Shown here: in pieces, positions 46,689 through 56,454 of the stretch | Numbering within the stretch: the first letter of the stretch is position 1 | Layout of the letters: every line of letters starts with the position of its first letter | Source: Nitrososphaerota archaeon | Lineage (GTDB): Archaea > Thermoproteota > Nitrososphaeria > Nitrososphaerales > Nitrosopumilaceae | NCBI GenBank assembly: GCA_028867755.1 | Contig: JAGWFT010000001.1 | Coordinates: forward strand, 516,727-580,726 | Reading direction: 5' to 3' | Length of the DNA stretch: 64,000 nt | Made by a program: the position numbers and the translations under genes | The notes under the pieces: generated by a model | What the model was told of the DNA's origin: nothing | Seen by the model: only the letters and a program-made list of their open reading frames with translations | The model's database searches: none

Positions 46689-47003
46689 TACTATTGTCAT
46701 ATGGCGACTTGTCGACGAATATCATATTAATGAAAATGAGATTTCAAAGTATTGTTTAAGTCCAGAGGTAAAGTAAAGACAAGAATCAGCGTGTCAAAGG
46801 ACTATAAGTAAAAACATTACTGAAAATATACCTTGTTCGGACTTGGGATGTTTTTTGTTATTTAAGGCAGAAAAGCAAATTATCGACAAAATATGGCGGA
46901 TCTAAAACGCCGTAGATTAGATATATATTAACCTCTCGGTGGAACCAACATAGTTTGTGGATTAGTTATTTGTTACAGCTAATGTTCGAAGGAGATTTTC
47001 AAC

Positions 47004-47255
47004 ATGTTAGGTAAGAAAGAGAAGATACTGATTCCAGATCACATCTATGTTCCAAAACATGAGATAATGACTAAAGAAGAAGCTGAAAAGGTACTAGAAA
47101 AATATCATACCAAGCCTACTGAGATGCCACTGATATACGTCAGTGATCCTGCAATCAGAGGTTTGGGAGTAAAGCCAGGTGATATGATAAAAATATTGAG
47201 GAAAAGTCCCACAGCCGGTGAAAGTATCTACTATAGATACGTGGTGGAAGAATAA
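47004..47255 (+). CDS. rpoH: RNA polymerase subunit H (Rpo5)
   Basis: HIYVPKHEI, DPA...GVKPGD...RKSPTAG...YRYV. Confidence 0.97.
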   Translation: MLGKKEKILIPDHIYVPKHEIMTKEEAEKVLEKYHTKPTEMPLIYVSDPAIRGLGVKPGDMIKILRKSPTAGESIYYRYVVEE

Positions 47256-50200
47256 TGACACACATTTCTCACAAGCGATGGCCAATAGTTCAAGATATTT
47301 TAAAAAGAGAAGGAATCGCAAGACAGCATCTGAATTCTTATGATGAATTTCTTGAAAGAGGACTACAAAGTATCATTGATGAAGTTGGCCAAATAGAAAT
47401 AGAAAGTGCAGAGTACCCATACAAAATTCAGCTCGGGAAAGTAAAACTTCAGCAACCGCGTATGATGGAATTAGATGGTTCAATAACTCATATCGCACCA
47501 ATGGAAGCTCGATTAAGAAATGTTACTTACGCATCTCCTATAATGCTTGAAGCAAGTGTAGTGGAAGATGGAAAAATCCTGGAATCAAGATATGTTCATA
47601 TCGGAGACATGCCAGTGATGGTTCGCTCTAACGCGTGCATTTTGCACAACCTCTCTGAACAAAAACTTGTAGAATATGGTGAAGATCCAAATGATCCTGG
47701 CGGATATTTTATCATTAATGGTTCTGAGCGTGTTATTGTCGGGTTAGAAGATCTTTCTTATAATAAAATTATAGTTGACAAAGAAACTGTTGGAGGAAAC
47801 ACTGTTTTCAAAGCAAAAGTATATTCATCCATTGTTGGTTATCGTGCAAAACTTGAACTTGTGATGAAAAATGACGGCCTAATAGTAGCAAAGATTCCAG
47901 GTTCTCCCGTTGATATTCCGGTAGTTACCTTGATGCGTGCACTAGGACTTGAATCTGATCGAGAAATTGCAGCTGCAGTTTCTCTAGTTGACGAAATTCA
48001 AGATGAACTAGAGGCCTCGTTTGAAAAATCAGGTGATGTACCAACTGCCAAGGATGCAATTGTGTACATCAGTAAGAGAATTGCTCCAGGTATGTTAGAA
48101 GAATTCCAGATAAAAAGAGCAGAGACTTTGCTTGACTGGGGTCTCCTACCGCACTTAGGAAAACATCCTGATAATAGAAAAGAAAAGTCTCTATTTCTCG
48201 GTGAAGCCACTTGCAAACTGATTGAACTGAAACTAGGCTGGATTACTCCTGATGACAAAGACCATTATGGAAACAAAGTCATAAAATTTGCAGGTCAAAT
48301 GCTGGCTGATCTTTTCAGAACAGCTTTTAGAAATCTGGTAAGAGATATGAAATATCAACTAGAAAGATCAGGACAAAAAAGAGGGATAAATGCAGTTGCC
48401 GCAGCAGTTAGACCTGGTATAGTTACAGACAAACTAAACAATGCTATAGCGACAGGAAACTGGGGAAGAGGCCGTGTTGGTGTAACACAACTTTTGGACA
48501 GAACAAATTATCTCTCAACAATAAGTCATCTTAGAAGAATACAATCGCCGCTTAGCAGAAGCCAACCTAACTTCGAGGCAAGAGATTTGCATGCTACCCA
48601 TTTTGGTAGAATATGTCCAAGTGAGACTCCGGAGGGATCTAACTGTGGTCTGGTAAAGAATTTGGCCTTATCTGCTATAATATCAGTAAACGTTGCATCT
48701 GAAGATATAGTAGAGAAGCTTTACGATCTAGGTGCAACTTATGTTTCTGATGCGAAAGATGATCTGAAAAAAGAAGGAACGAGGGTTTTTGTTGATGGAA
48801 GACTAATAGGTTACTACAAAGATGGACAGAAGCTAGTAGATTCGCTAAGAGAACTTAGAAGAAACTATAAGATTCATTCACATGTTGGTATTTTCTTGTA
48901 TCAGTCTAGTGTAGAAGGTTCAACAAAGAGACTGTATGTCAACTGTAACGCAGGTAGAGTTCTACGACCTCTAATTGTAATTAAAGATAGCAAATTACTA
49001 TTAACACAAGAGCTAATAGATAAAGTCAGCAAGAAGTTTCTATCATGGACAGATCTTTTGCATATGGGTGTAATTGAGCTAGTTGATGCAAATGAAGAAG
49101 AAAACTGCTACATTGCAATAGATGAAACAGATATGAAAAAACATACCCATATGGAAATATTTCCATCTGCAATTCTTGGAGCCGGTGCATCAATTATTCC
49201 ATATCCGGAGCACAACCAGTCTCCAAGAAATACATACGAATCAGCTATGGCAAAACAAAGTCTTGGTTTCTCAACTCCACTGATGAATGCAAGTACATAC
49301 GTTAGGCAACATCTTATGCTATATCCACAAACTCCAATTGTTACAACAAAGGCTATGGGATTGTTAGGATTAGAGGATAGACCAGCAGGACAAAACTGTG
49401 TCGTTGCAGTACTGCCTTTTGATGGTTACAATATTGAGGACGCAATAGTGATAAGTAAATCATCTGTCGACAGAGGATTAGGTAGAACTTTCTTCTATAG
49501 AATCTATGAGGCAGAAGCTAAACAATATCCGGGAGGAATGAGAGATAACTTTGAAATTCCAACTGCAGATGGAAACATTCGTGGATTTCGTGGTGACAAA
49601 GCATATCGATTATTAGAAGAAGATGGAGTAATCGCAACAGAGTCCACAGTACAGGGAGGAGACATACTCATTGGAAAAACAAGTCCTCCTAGATTTATGG
49701 AAGAATATAGAGAATTCGAGGTAAAAGGACCTTATAGAAGAGATACATCGATAGGTGTTAGGCCATCTGAAAACGGAGTTGTTGATACTGTTGTTATGAC
49801 GCAATCTCATGATGGTGGTAGGATGTATAAAATTAGAGTAAGAGATCTGAGGATTCCTGAGATTGGTGACAAGTTTGCATCACGACATGGACAGAAAGGA
49901 GTTGTGGGATTACTTGTAAATCACGAGGATTTACCTTATACTGCAGACGGTGTTGTACCAGATGTTATGATAAATCCTCACGCTTTCCCATCTAGAATGA
50001 CAGTAGGAATGTTTCTTGAATCTGTTACAGGAAAAGCTGCAGCCTTACGTGGATCAAAGATGGATGGTTCTGCGTTTGTTGGCGAAAAATTAGAAGATGT
50101 TAAGGGAGTTCTAGAAGCTGCAGGATTCAAGTATTCTGGTAAGGAGACAATGTATGATGGTAGAACAGGCAAGTCATTTCCAGTTGATGTCTTCGTAGGT

Positions 50201-50602
50201 GTTGTGTATTATCAAAAACTCCACCACATGGTTGCAGATAAGATTCATGCAAGAGCAAGAGGTCAAGTACAGATGTTAACAAAACAACCAACAGAAGGTC
50301 GTGCAAGAGGTGGAGGGCTTAGATTTGGTGAAATGGAAAGAGACTGTCTTATTGCATATGGTGCATCTATGATGTTAAAGGATAGACTTCTTGAAGAATC
50401 TGACAAGGCTGAAATCTATGTTTGCGAAAGATGTGGATTAGTCTCATATTATGATATTAAACAAAGAAGATTTGTCTGTAGAGTATGTGGAGACAAGGCA
50501 AAGGTTACATCAATATCTGTCGCATATGCCTTTAAACTTCTATTACAAGAAATGATGAGTCTTGATGTTGCACCAAGACTTTTGATAAAGGAGAGGGTCT
50601 AA
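47255..50602 (+). CDS. rpoB: RNA polymerase subunit B (Rpo2), unsplit
   Basis: GDKFASRHGQKG, NPHAFPSRMT, GLRFGEMERD, C-terminal Zn ribbon. Confidence 0.98.
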   Translation: MTHISHKRWPIVQDILKREGIARQHLNSYDEFLERGLQSIIDEVGQIEIESAEYPYKIQLGKVKLQQPRMMELDGSITHIAPMEARLRNVTYASPIMLEASVVEDGKILESRYVHIGDMPVMVRSNACILHNLSEQKLVEYGEDPNDPGGYFIINGSERVIVGLEDLSYNKIIVDKETVGGNTVFKAKVYSSIVGYRAKLELVMKNDGLIVAKIPGSPVDIPVVTLMRALGLESDREIAAAVSLVDEIQDELEASFEKSGDVPTAKDAIVYISKRIAPGMLEEFQIKRAETLLDWGLLPHLGKHPDNRKEKSLFLGEATCKLIELKLGWITPDDKDHYGNKVIKFAGQMLADLFRTAFRNLVRDMKYQLERSGQKRGINAVAAAVRPGIVTDKLNNAIATGNWGRGRVGVTQLLDRTNYLSTISHLRRIQSPLSRSQPNFEARDLHATHFGRICPSETPEGSNCGLVKNLALSAIISVNVASEDIVEKLYDLGATYVSDAKDDLKKEGTRVFVDGRLIGYYKDGQKLVDSLRELRRNYKIHSHVGIFLYQSSVEGSTKRLYVNCNAGRVLRPLIVIKDSKLLLTQELIDKVSKKFLSWTDLLHMGVIELVDANEEENCYIAIDETDMKKHTHMEIFPSAILGAGASIIPYPEHNQSPRNTYESAMAKQSLGFSTPLMNASTYVRQHLMLYPQTPIVTTKAMGLLGLEDRPAGQNCVVAVLPFDGYNIEDAIVISKSSVDRGLGRTFFYRIYEAEAKQYPGGMRDNFEIPTADGNIRGFRGDKAYRLLEEDGVIATESTVQGGDILIGKTSPPRFMEEYREFEVKGPYRRDTSIGVRPSENGVVDTVVMTQSHDGGRMYKIRVRDLRIPEIGDKFASRHGQKGVVGLLVNHEDLPYTADGVVPDVMINPHAFPSRMTVGMFLESVTGKAAALRGSKMDGSAFVGEKLEDVKGVLEAAGFKYSGKETMYDGRTGKSFPVDVFVGVVYYQKLHHMVADKIHARARGQVQMLTKQPTEGRARGGGLRFGEMERDCLIAYGASMMLKDRLLEESDKAEIYVCERCGLVSYYDIKQRRFVCRVCGDKAKVTSISVAYAFKLLLQEMMSLDVAPRLLIKERV

Positions 50603-53600
50603 TGGCAGTTGAAACAATCAAAGTCATAGATGGAATCAAGTTTTCTGTTTGGTCTCCAACTGAAATAAGAAAATATTCTGTTGCTGAAATCACAGCTCCT
50701 GAGACTTATGATGAAGATGGAATGTCTGTTCAAGGCGGATTGATGGATGGCAGGCTAGGTACTCTTGAACCAGGACAAAAATGTCTCACATGTGGAAACA
50801 CTGCAGCTAGATGCCCTGGGCATTTCGGTCATATCGAGCTTGCAGAACCGGTCTTGCATATTGCATTCATTGATAATATCTACAAGCTTTTGTTGACTAC
50901 CTGCAGATCATGTGCTAGGCTAAAGATACCACAAGAAGAACTTGAGGAATATCATAAAATAATGCAAAAAGAAGCTGCATATAGTGTAATCTCGATCAAA
51001 CACATTCCAGACGAAATAATTGAGAGAGCAAAGAAAGAAAAAACATGTCCCCATTGTGGAAAATCGCAATATGAGATGATATTTACAAAGCCTACAATTT
51101 TCATTGAAAGAACAGAACTAGGAGAAAACAGATTACTCCCAATTACCATTCGTGAAAGATTTTCTCACATGATAGACGATGACCTGAAACTACTTGGATA
51201 TGATCCAACCACTGCTAGACCTGAATGGTTTGTGTTACAAGTATTGCCTGTTCCACCTGTTACAGTGAGACCATCCATAATTTTGGAAACCGGAATCAGA
51301 TCTGAAGATGATCTTACACACAAGCTTGTTGATATTATAAGAGTAAATCAAAGACTAAAAGAGAGCAAAGAAGCTGGTACGCCACCCCTCATTGTACAAG
51401 ACCTTGTTGATTTGTTACAATATCATGTTACAACATATTTCGATAATGAGGTATCTGGTATTCCACAAGCTCATCATAGATCTGGCAGACCTCTTAAGAC
51501 ATTAACGCAGAGACTGAAAGGAAAGGAGGGTAGATTCAGAGGTTCACTTTCTGGAAAGAGAGTAGACTTTTCCAGTAGAACTGTAATCTCACCAGATCCA
51601 AATCTGGAAATTTCTGAAGTTGGAGTCCCAGAATCTGTTGCAATAAAGCTTACGATTCCTGAAGTTGTAACAGAATGGAATATTGAAAGATTGAAGAAAC
51701 TTGTTATCAATGGTCCCACTAAATATCCAGGTGCTAATTATATTGTAAGGCCAGATGGTGTAAAAATAAGATTAGACTTTGTTGAGGATAGGGAAACAAT
51801 TGCTAATAACATAGAGATAGGATATCTTGTTGAAAGACATCTATCTGACGGGGACATTGTGATGTTCAACAGACAACCATCATTACATCAAATGTCAATA
51901 ATGGGTCATTACGTTCGGGTCTTACCAAATAAGACTTTCAGATTGCACCCCTCAGTATGTCCTCCATATAATGCAGATTTTGATGGAGATGAAATGAATC
52001 TTCATGTGCCTCAAAGCGAGGAAGCAAGAGCTGAAGCCATTCTACTAATGCGAGTACAGGATCAAATAATCTCTCCTAGATATGGAGGCCCAATAATTGG
52101 TGCGTTGCGTGACTTTATCACAGGAGCATATTTGCTAACAAAAGATGATACAACTCTTACTCCGCAAGAATTTGCTAATCTGGCGATGTTAGCTGGATAT
52201 CAAGACACATTCCCAGAACCACAGGTTAAAGGAAAGGGAGGATCATTGTATACTGGCAAGCAGCTATTCTCATTGTTCTTACCAAAAGATTTCAATTATG
52301 TAATTACGTCAAAGTGGTCAAAAGGAACCAAGGGGCCAACAAAGGACGTTGTAATTAAAAACGGTCAACTTGTAAGCGGTGTGATAGACAAAGCATCAAT
52401 AGGTGCAGAAGAACCTGACAGTGTTCTGCATAGAATAGCTAAAGACTATGGTTATGAGGAGGCAAAGAGATTTCTCAATTCTATTCTAATTATGTTAAAA
52501 CAGTTTATCACAGGATATGGATTTAGTTATGGGTATGCTGACTTGGAATTATCGCTGAAGACCAAGGAATCTATATTGACTGATATTCACGGATCTTATG
52601 ATAAAGTATATGATTTCATATCGCAAGCAAAGAAGGGAACTTTACAGCTAAGTAGAGGACTTTCAGCTGAAGAAGCACTAGAAGCTTATATCGTAAATGA
52701 GTTATCAAAAGCAAGAGACAGAGCAGGCAGCACAGCTGACAAGTCATTTGATGAAACAAATGCAGGCAGAATTATGGCAACAACTGGAGCAAGAGGTTCT
52801 TCTCTGAATATAGGTCAGATGGCAGGCGCATTAGGTCAGCAGTCAATTCGAGGTAGAAGAATCCATAAAGGTTACAGTAATAGAGCATTGCCACATTTCA
52901 AGGAGAATGATACAAATCCTGATTCAAGAGGATTTGTAAAATCAAATTATAGGGATGGCCTTTCGACATTAGAATTTTTCTTCCATGCGATGGGTGGAAG
53001 AGAAGGTCTTGTGGATACTGCAGTAAGAACTCAGCAAAGTGGATACATGCAAAGAAGATTGATAAACGCATTAGAACATCTAAAACTAGAATATGATCAA
53101 ACAGTAAGAGACCCACATGGTCATATTATACAATTTCTCTATGGCGAAGATGGCATTGATGTTTCAAAAAGTGATCATGGTGAAGCATTTAGGATTCCTC
53201 GATTAATTGAATCTCAGAGCATTATTGATTCTGGAAAGAAGGCAGCCAAGGAGGATGTTGCAGAGCTTGTAAAGAAATACACTAAAACATTCAACCATCG
53301 TTTAGCTCAAACTGTTCATGATGCTCTAGCAGAATCAAAACTTAGTAGAGATGGAGTAGAGAAAGTATTGAAAAAAGCGCTGGAATTATATGACAATGCC
53401 AAGGTCGAGCCAGGACAGGCAGTTGGTGTTGTTACGGCTCAATCTATAGGCGAACCTGGTACTCAGATGACACTAAGAACCTTCCACTTTGCTGGTATTA
53501 GAGAAAGAAACGTTACACTAGGTCTTCCAAGACTTATTGAACTTGTTGATGCAAGAAAGAAGCCTGTCACACCAACTATGGATATCTACTTGGAGGAACA

Positions 53601-54396
53601 TCACAAAAAATCAAAAGAAAAAGCAATCAAGGTAGCAAGAGAAATTTTGCATACTAAGATAAGCGCATTGATTACAAGTACAGAGACCGACTATTCTACA
53701 AAAATCAAATTGAATCTCAATCAAGATAGACTAAAAGAAAGAGCATGCACTGTCGAAGATGTTGTCACAGCATTACAGTCATCAAAGAAAAAGTTTGAGA
53801 TCGAACCTAATGGACATTCTATCACGCTTACTCTTCCTGAAGAATCTGATGCTCAAACAATACTAGGCCTTAGAAATAAAGTTCTTTCATCAACAGTCAA
53901 AGGAGTTACCGATATAGAACGTGTGACAATTGTACAACAAGGAGATGAATGGGTTATCCAAACATCAGGTTCAAACATTGCTAAAGTGATGGAAGTTGAT
54001 GGTATTGACAAGAAGAATATCAGAACAAATAATGTCTTTGAGATTGCAAACACACTTGGTATAGAGGCTGCTCGTAATGCATTGATAAACGAACTGAGCT
54101 CTACTCTTGAAGACCAAGGTCTAGAAGTTGACGTCAGATACATCATGTTAGTAGCAGACTTGATGTGTTCTAGAGGATATCTGCAACAAATTGGAAGACA
54201 TGGAATTGCAGGTACAAAGACCAGCGTGTTAGCAAGAGCCGCATTCGAGATTACTGTTCCTACTATTGCAGAAGCTGCATTGGCAGGAGAAGTAGAAGAA
54301 CTCAAAGGAGTAACAGAAAATGTCATAGTTGGTGCAAATATTCCAATTGGTACTGGTACTGTAGATCTTTACATGAAGGTGGTAGAAGATGGTTAA
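50602..54396 (+). CDS. rpoA: RNA polymerase largest subunit Rpo1, A' and A'' in one ORF
   Basis: YNADFDGDEMN, TAVRTQQSG, then A'' motifs EPGTQMTLRTFH and ARAAFE in the same 1264-aa frame. Confidence 0.98.
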   Translation: MAVETIKVIDGIKFSVWSPTEIRKYSVAEITAPETYDEDGMSVQGGLMDGRLGTLEPGQKCLTCGNTAARCPGHFGHIELAEPVLHIAFIDNIYKLLLTTCRSCARLKIPQEELEEYHKIMQKEAAYSVISIKHIPDEIIERAKKEKTCPHCGKSQYEMIFTKPTIFIERTELGENRLLPITIRERFSHMIDDDLKLLGYDPTTARPEWFVLQVLPVPPVTVRPSIILETGIRSEDDLTHKLVDIIRVNQRLKESKEAGTPPLIVQDLVDLLQYHVTTYFDNEVSGIPQAHHRSGRPLKTLTQRLKGKEGRFRGSLSGKRVDFSSRTVISPDPNLEISEVGVPESVAIKLTIPEVVTEWNIERLKKLVINGPTKYPGANYIVRPDGVKIRLDFVEDRETIANNIEIGYLVERHLSDGDIVMFNRQPSLHQMSIMGHYVRVLPNKTFRLHPSVCPPYNADFDGDEMNLHVPQSEEARAEAILLMRVQDQIISPRYGGPIIGALRDFITGAYLLTKDDTTLTPQEFANLAMLAGYQDTFPEPQVKGKGGSLYTGKQLFSLFLPKDFNYVITSKWSKGTKGPTKDVVIKNGQLVSGVIDKASIGAEEPDSVLHRIAKDYGYEEAKRFLNSILIMLKQFITGYGFSYGYADLELSLKTKESILTDIHGSYDKVYDFISQAKKGTLQLSRGLSAEEALEAYIVNELSKARDRAGSTADKSFDETNAGRIMATTGARGSSLNIGQMAGALGQQSIRGRRIHKGYSNRALPHFKENDTNPDSRGFVKSNYRDGLSTLEFFFHAMGGREGLVDTAVRTQQSGYMQRRLINALEHLKLEYDQTVRDPHGHIIQFLYGEDGIDVSKSDHGEAFRIPRLIESQSIIDSGKKAAKEDVAELVKKYTKTFNHRLAQTVHDALAESKLSRDGVEKVLKKALELYDNAKVEPGQAVGVVTAQSIGEPGTQMTLRTFHFAGIRERNVTLGLPRLIELVDARKKPVTPTMDIYLEEHHKKSKEKAIKVAREILHTKISALITSTETDYSTKIKLNLNQDRLKERACTVEDVVTALQSSKKKFEIEPNGHSITLTLPEESDAQTILGLRNKVLSSTVKGVTDIERVTIVQQGDEWVIQTSGSNIAKVMEVDGIDKKNIRTNNVFEIANTLGIEAARNALINELSSTLEDQGLEVDVRYIMLVADLMCSRGYLQQIGRHGIAGTKTSVLARAAFEITVPTIAEAALAGEVEELKGVTENVIVGANIPIGTGTVDLYMKVVEDG

Positions 54397-54709
54397 ACTC
54401 TTAGAGAAAGCCATAAAAGATGCAGTAGAGGACGGCAAATGCTCTTTTGGAACAAAAGAGGTTCTGGGGTCTATTAAAAATTCAAAATTAGTTGTACTTT
54501 CCCATTCGGTTTCATTTCCAATGACACAAAAAATAGCTGAAGCTGCAAAGACTGCAAAGGTGCCAACTCTAAACTATAATGGCTCATCAGTAGAGCTAGG
54601 GAGACTGTGTGGGACGCAGTTTAGAATTTCAGCAGTATCACTAAAAACTCTAAGCGATACTAACCTTAAAGCGATTATAAAAGATGTAGAAAACGAGAAG
54701 CAAGCATAA
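54389..54709 (+). CDS. rpl30e: 50S ribosomal protein L30e (eL30)
   Basis: L7Ae/L30e fold: FGTKEVL, GSSVELGRLCG..FRISAV; canonical position after rpoA. Confidence 0.88.
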   Translation: MVKLLEKAIKDAVEDGKCSFGTKEVLGSIKNSKLVVLSHSVSFPMTQKIAEAAKTAKVPTLNYNGSSVELGRLCGTQFRISAVSLKTLSDTNLKAIIKDVENEKQA

Positions 54710-54779
54710 ATGTCTTATTTTTCACAAACTGTCTATCAAGATTTAAATGTCCCCTTAAGAGATCGATTTTAAAAAAGAT

Positions 54780-55238
54780 ATGACAGAGACAATCAAACTA
54801 ACAACAGATCAAATAAAACTAATGTCACTTTTTCAGAATGTGACTGGTGCAACAGCGAGGGACTGCATCGAAGATGAAAAACAAGACAGAGTAATTTTTG
54901 TAGTAAATCAAGGTAAGATGGGCCTTGCAATTGGAAAAGGAGGTTCTACAATAAGAAATCTTCAAAATGTAGTAAAAAGAAATGTCGAGCTAGTTGAATA
55001 TTCTGAAGATCCTGCAGAATTTCTGAAAAACATGTTAAATCCAAAGTTGGTATCAGAAGTTAAGCTAAATAAAAGATTAGACGGTTCTCTTCAAGCAATT
55101 GTTCTTGTTGATGCAAAGAAGAAAGGTATAGTGGTAGGCAGGGAAGGTAGAAACGCTGAAAAGGCCAGATTGCTCGCAAAAAGATACTTTCAAATTTCCA
55201 GTGTATTAATACAAAGCCCAGAAAAAATAATGGAGTAA
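54780..55238 (+). CDS. nusA: archaeal NusA (KH domains)
   Basis: GLAIGKGG, VVGREGRN. Confidence 0.93.
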   Translation: MTETIKLTTDQIKLMSLFQNVTGATARDCIEDEKQDRVIFVVNQGKMGLAIGKGGSTIRNLQNVVKRNVELVEYSEDPAEFLKNMLNPKLVSEVKLNKRLDGSLQAIVLVDAKKKGIVVGREGRNAEKARLLAKRYFQISSVLIQSPEKIME

Positions 55239-55244
55239 TGAATA

Positions 55245-55682
55245 ATGGCAAAATCCCCACTCGGTCTATTTGCAGGAAGAGTTCTTAGAGATAAAAGAAA
55301 GAAACAGAAATGGTCTATTGGAACTTACAAGAGGCGACAACTTGGACTGGATAAAAAGGCGAGTCCTCTTGGAGGTGCACCTCAAGCCCGTGGTATTGTA
55401 TTGGAAAAAGTGGGAATAGAAGCCAAACAACCGAACTCTGCTGTAAGAAAATGTGTACGTGTTCAACTCATAAAAAACGGTAAGACCGTAACTGCTTTCC
55501 TGCCAAAAGACGGTGCACTAAATTTTGTTGATGAACATGACGAAGTACATGTCGAAGGAATGGGTGCATCTATGGGAGGAGCAATGGGTGATATTCCGGG
55601 AGTAAGATGGAAAGTATTCAAGGTAAACGGCACTTCACTCAAAGAATTAGTTTATGGCAAGAAAGAAAAACCGAGAAGATAG
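55245..55682 (+). CDS. rps12p: 30S ribosomal protein S12 (uS12)
   Basis: [25 protein letters not shown]. Confidence 0.97.
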   Translation: MAKSPLGLFAGRVLRDKRKKQKWSIGTYKRRQLGLDKKASPLGGAPQARGIVLEKVGIEAKQPNSAVRKCVRVQLIKNGKTVTAFLPKDGALNFVDEHDEVHVEGMGASMGGAMGDIPGVRWKVFKVNGTSLKELVYGKKEKPRR

Positions 55683-55685
55683 AAA

Positions 55686-56285
55686 ATGACTGAAACACAA
55701 AACCTTTTACTTTTCAGAAAATGGGATACATCCAAAATTGAGATTAAAGATCCTGGCCTGAAAAATGTCATCTCTCTAAAAAAGGAGATAATTCCTATGT
55801 CTTTTGGTCGCTCTGCACTGAAACGATTTAACAAAGCCGAAGTCAATATAGTGGAGAGACTTGTAAACAAACTATCTCATTTTGGAAAAAAATATGCAAA
55901 GAATACCGGTAGAATGGGTGGGAAAAAAATTCAGGCAATAAATACAGTCAAGGCAGCATTTGAGATAATGTATCTTAAAACAGGAAAAAATCCTGTTGAA
56001 GTCTTGATAAGGGCAGTGGAACATTCAGCCCCAAACGAAGATACGACAAGGATAGTATATGGTGGAACTGTATATCATGTTTCTGTAGATGTAGCTCCTC
56101 TTAGAAGAATTGATCTTGCTCTTAGATTTATAGCAGAAGGAGTAAGAGATGCATCATTTTCAAACCCAAAAGCAATAGAAGAAAACCTTGCAGACCACTT
56201 GATACTTGCTGCTTCAAATGATATGAATGCACCTTCTGTTAAAAAGAAAAACGAGCTAGAAAGAATTGCAATGGCCTCAAGATAG
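55686..56285 (+). CDS. rps7p: 30S ribosomal protein S7 (uS7)
   Basis: IVERL, NPVEVL..A, PNEDTTRI.YGG, RRIDLALR. Confidence 0.97.
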   Translation: MTETQNLLLFRKWDTSKIEIKDPGLKNVISLKKEIIPMSFGRSALKRFNKAEVNIVERLVNKLSHFGKKYAKNTGRMGGKKIQAINTVKAAFEIMYLKTGKNPVEVLIRAVEHSAPNEDTTRIVYGGTVYHVSVDVAPLRRIDLALRFIAEGVRDASFSNPKAIEENLADHLILAASNDMNAPSVKKKNELERIAMASR

Positions 56286-56304
56286 GGGCATTTTTAAAAA
56301 AAGA

Positions 56305-56408
56305 TAGCCCGAGGCAGATTCGAACTGCCGTCTCCAGGTGTCCTCTCATAAGATCCAGAGCCTGGAATCCCTAGCCCAAAAATTGTTTGGCCACTAGACT
56401 ATCGGGCT
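56305..56408 (-). tRNA. tRNA-Gln(CTG) with two introns (D-loop 21/22, 16 nt, 56371-56386; canonical 37/38, 15 nt, 56340-56354)
   Basis: AGCCCGA/TCGGGCT acceptor, CCAGG/CCTGG anticodon stem, GGCAG-TTCGAAT-CTGCC T arm; removing both inserts gives a 73-nt cloverleaf. Confidence 0.9.
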
Positions 56409-56454
56409 ACCGAAACGAGTGGTATATGTTGAGAATATAATTATTATTGTTGGT

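Noticed and set aside
46642-46725. ORF-track N-terminal extension of PEFG gene 4 (MIFVDKSPY...)
   Set aside because: It overlaps the promoter repeat shared with gene 3, where the indel breaks this frame; the true start is ATG 46641.
46893-46931. 12-codon uORF MADLKRRRLDIY and alternative hairpins upstream of rpoH
   Set aside because: Too short to support; it ends in GATATATATTAA, more simply read as the operon TATA box; the hairpins are only 4-6 bp.
53853-54326. 157-aa minus-strand ORF inside rpoA, and similar antisense ORFs in rpoB, adh, mdh, larB, larC, rdgB and leuS
   Set aside because: Codon-bias shadows; composition is the mirror of the sense gene.
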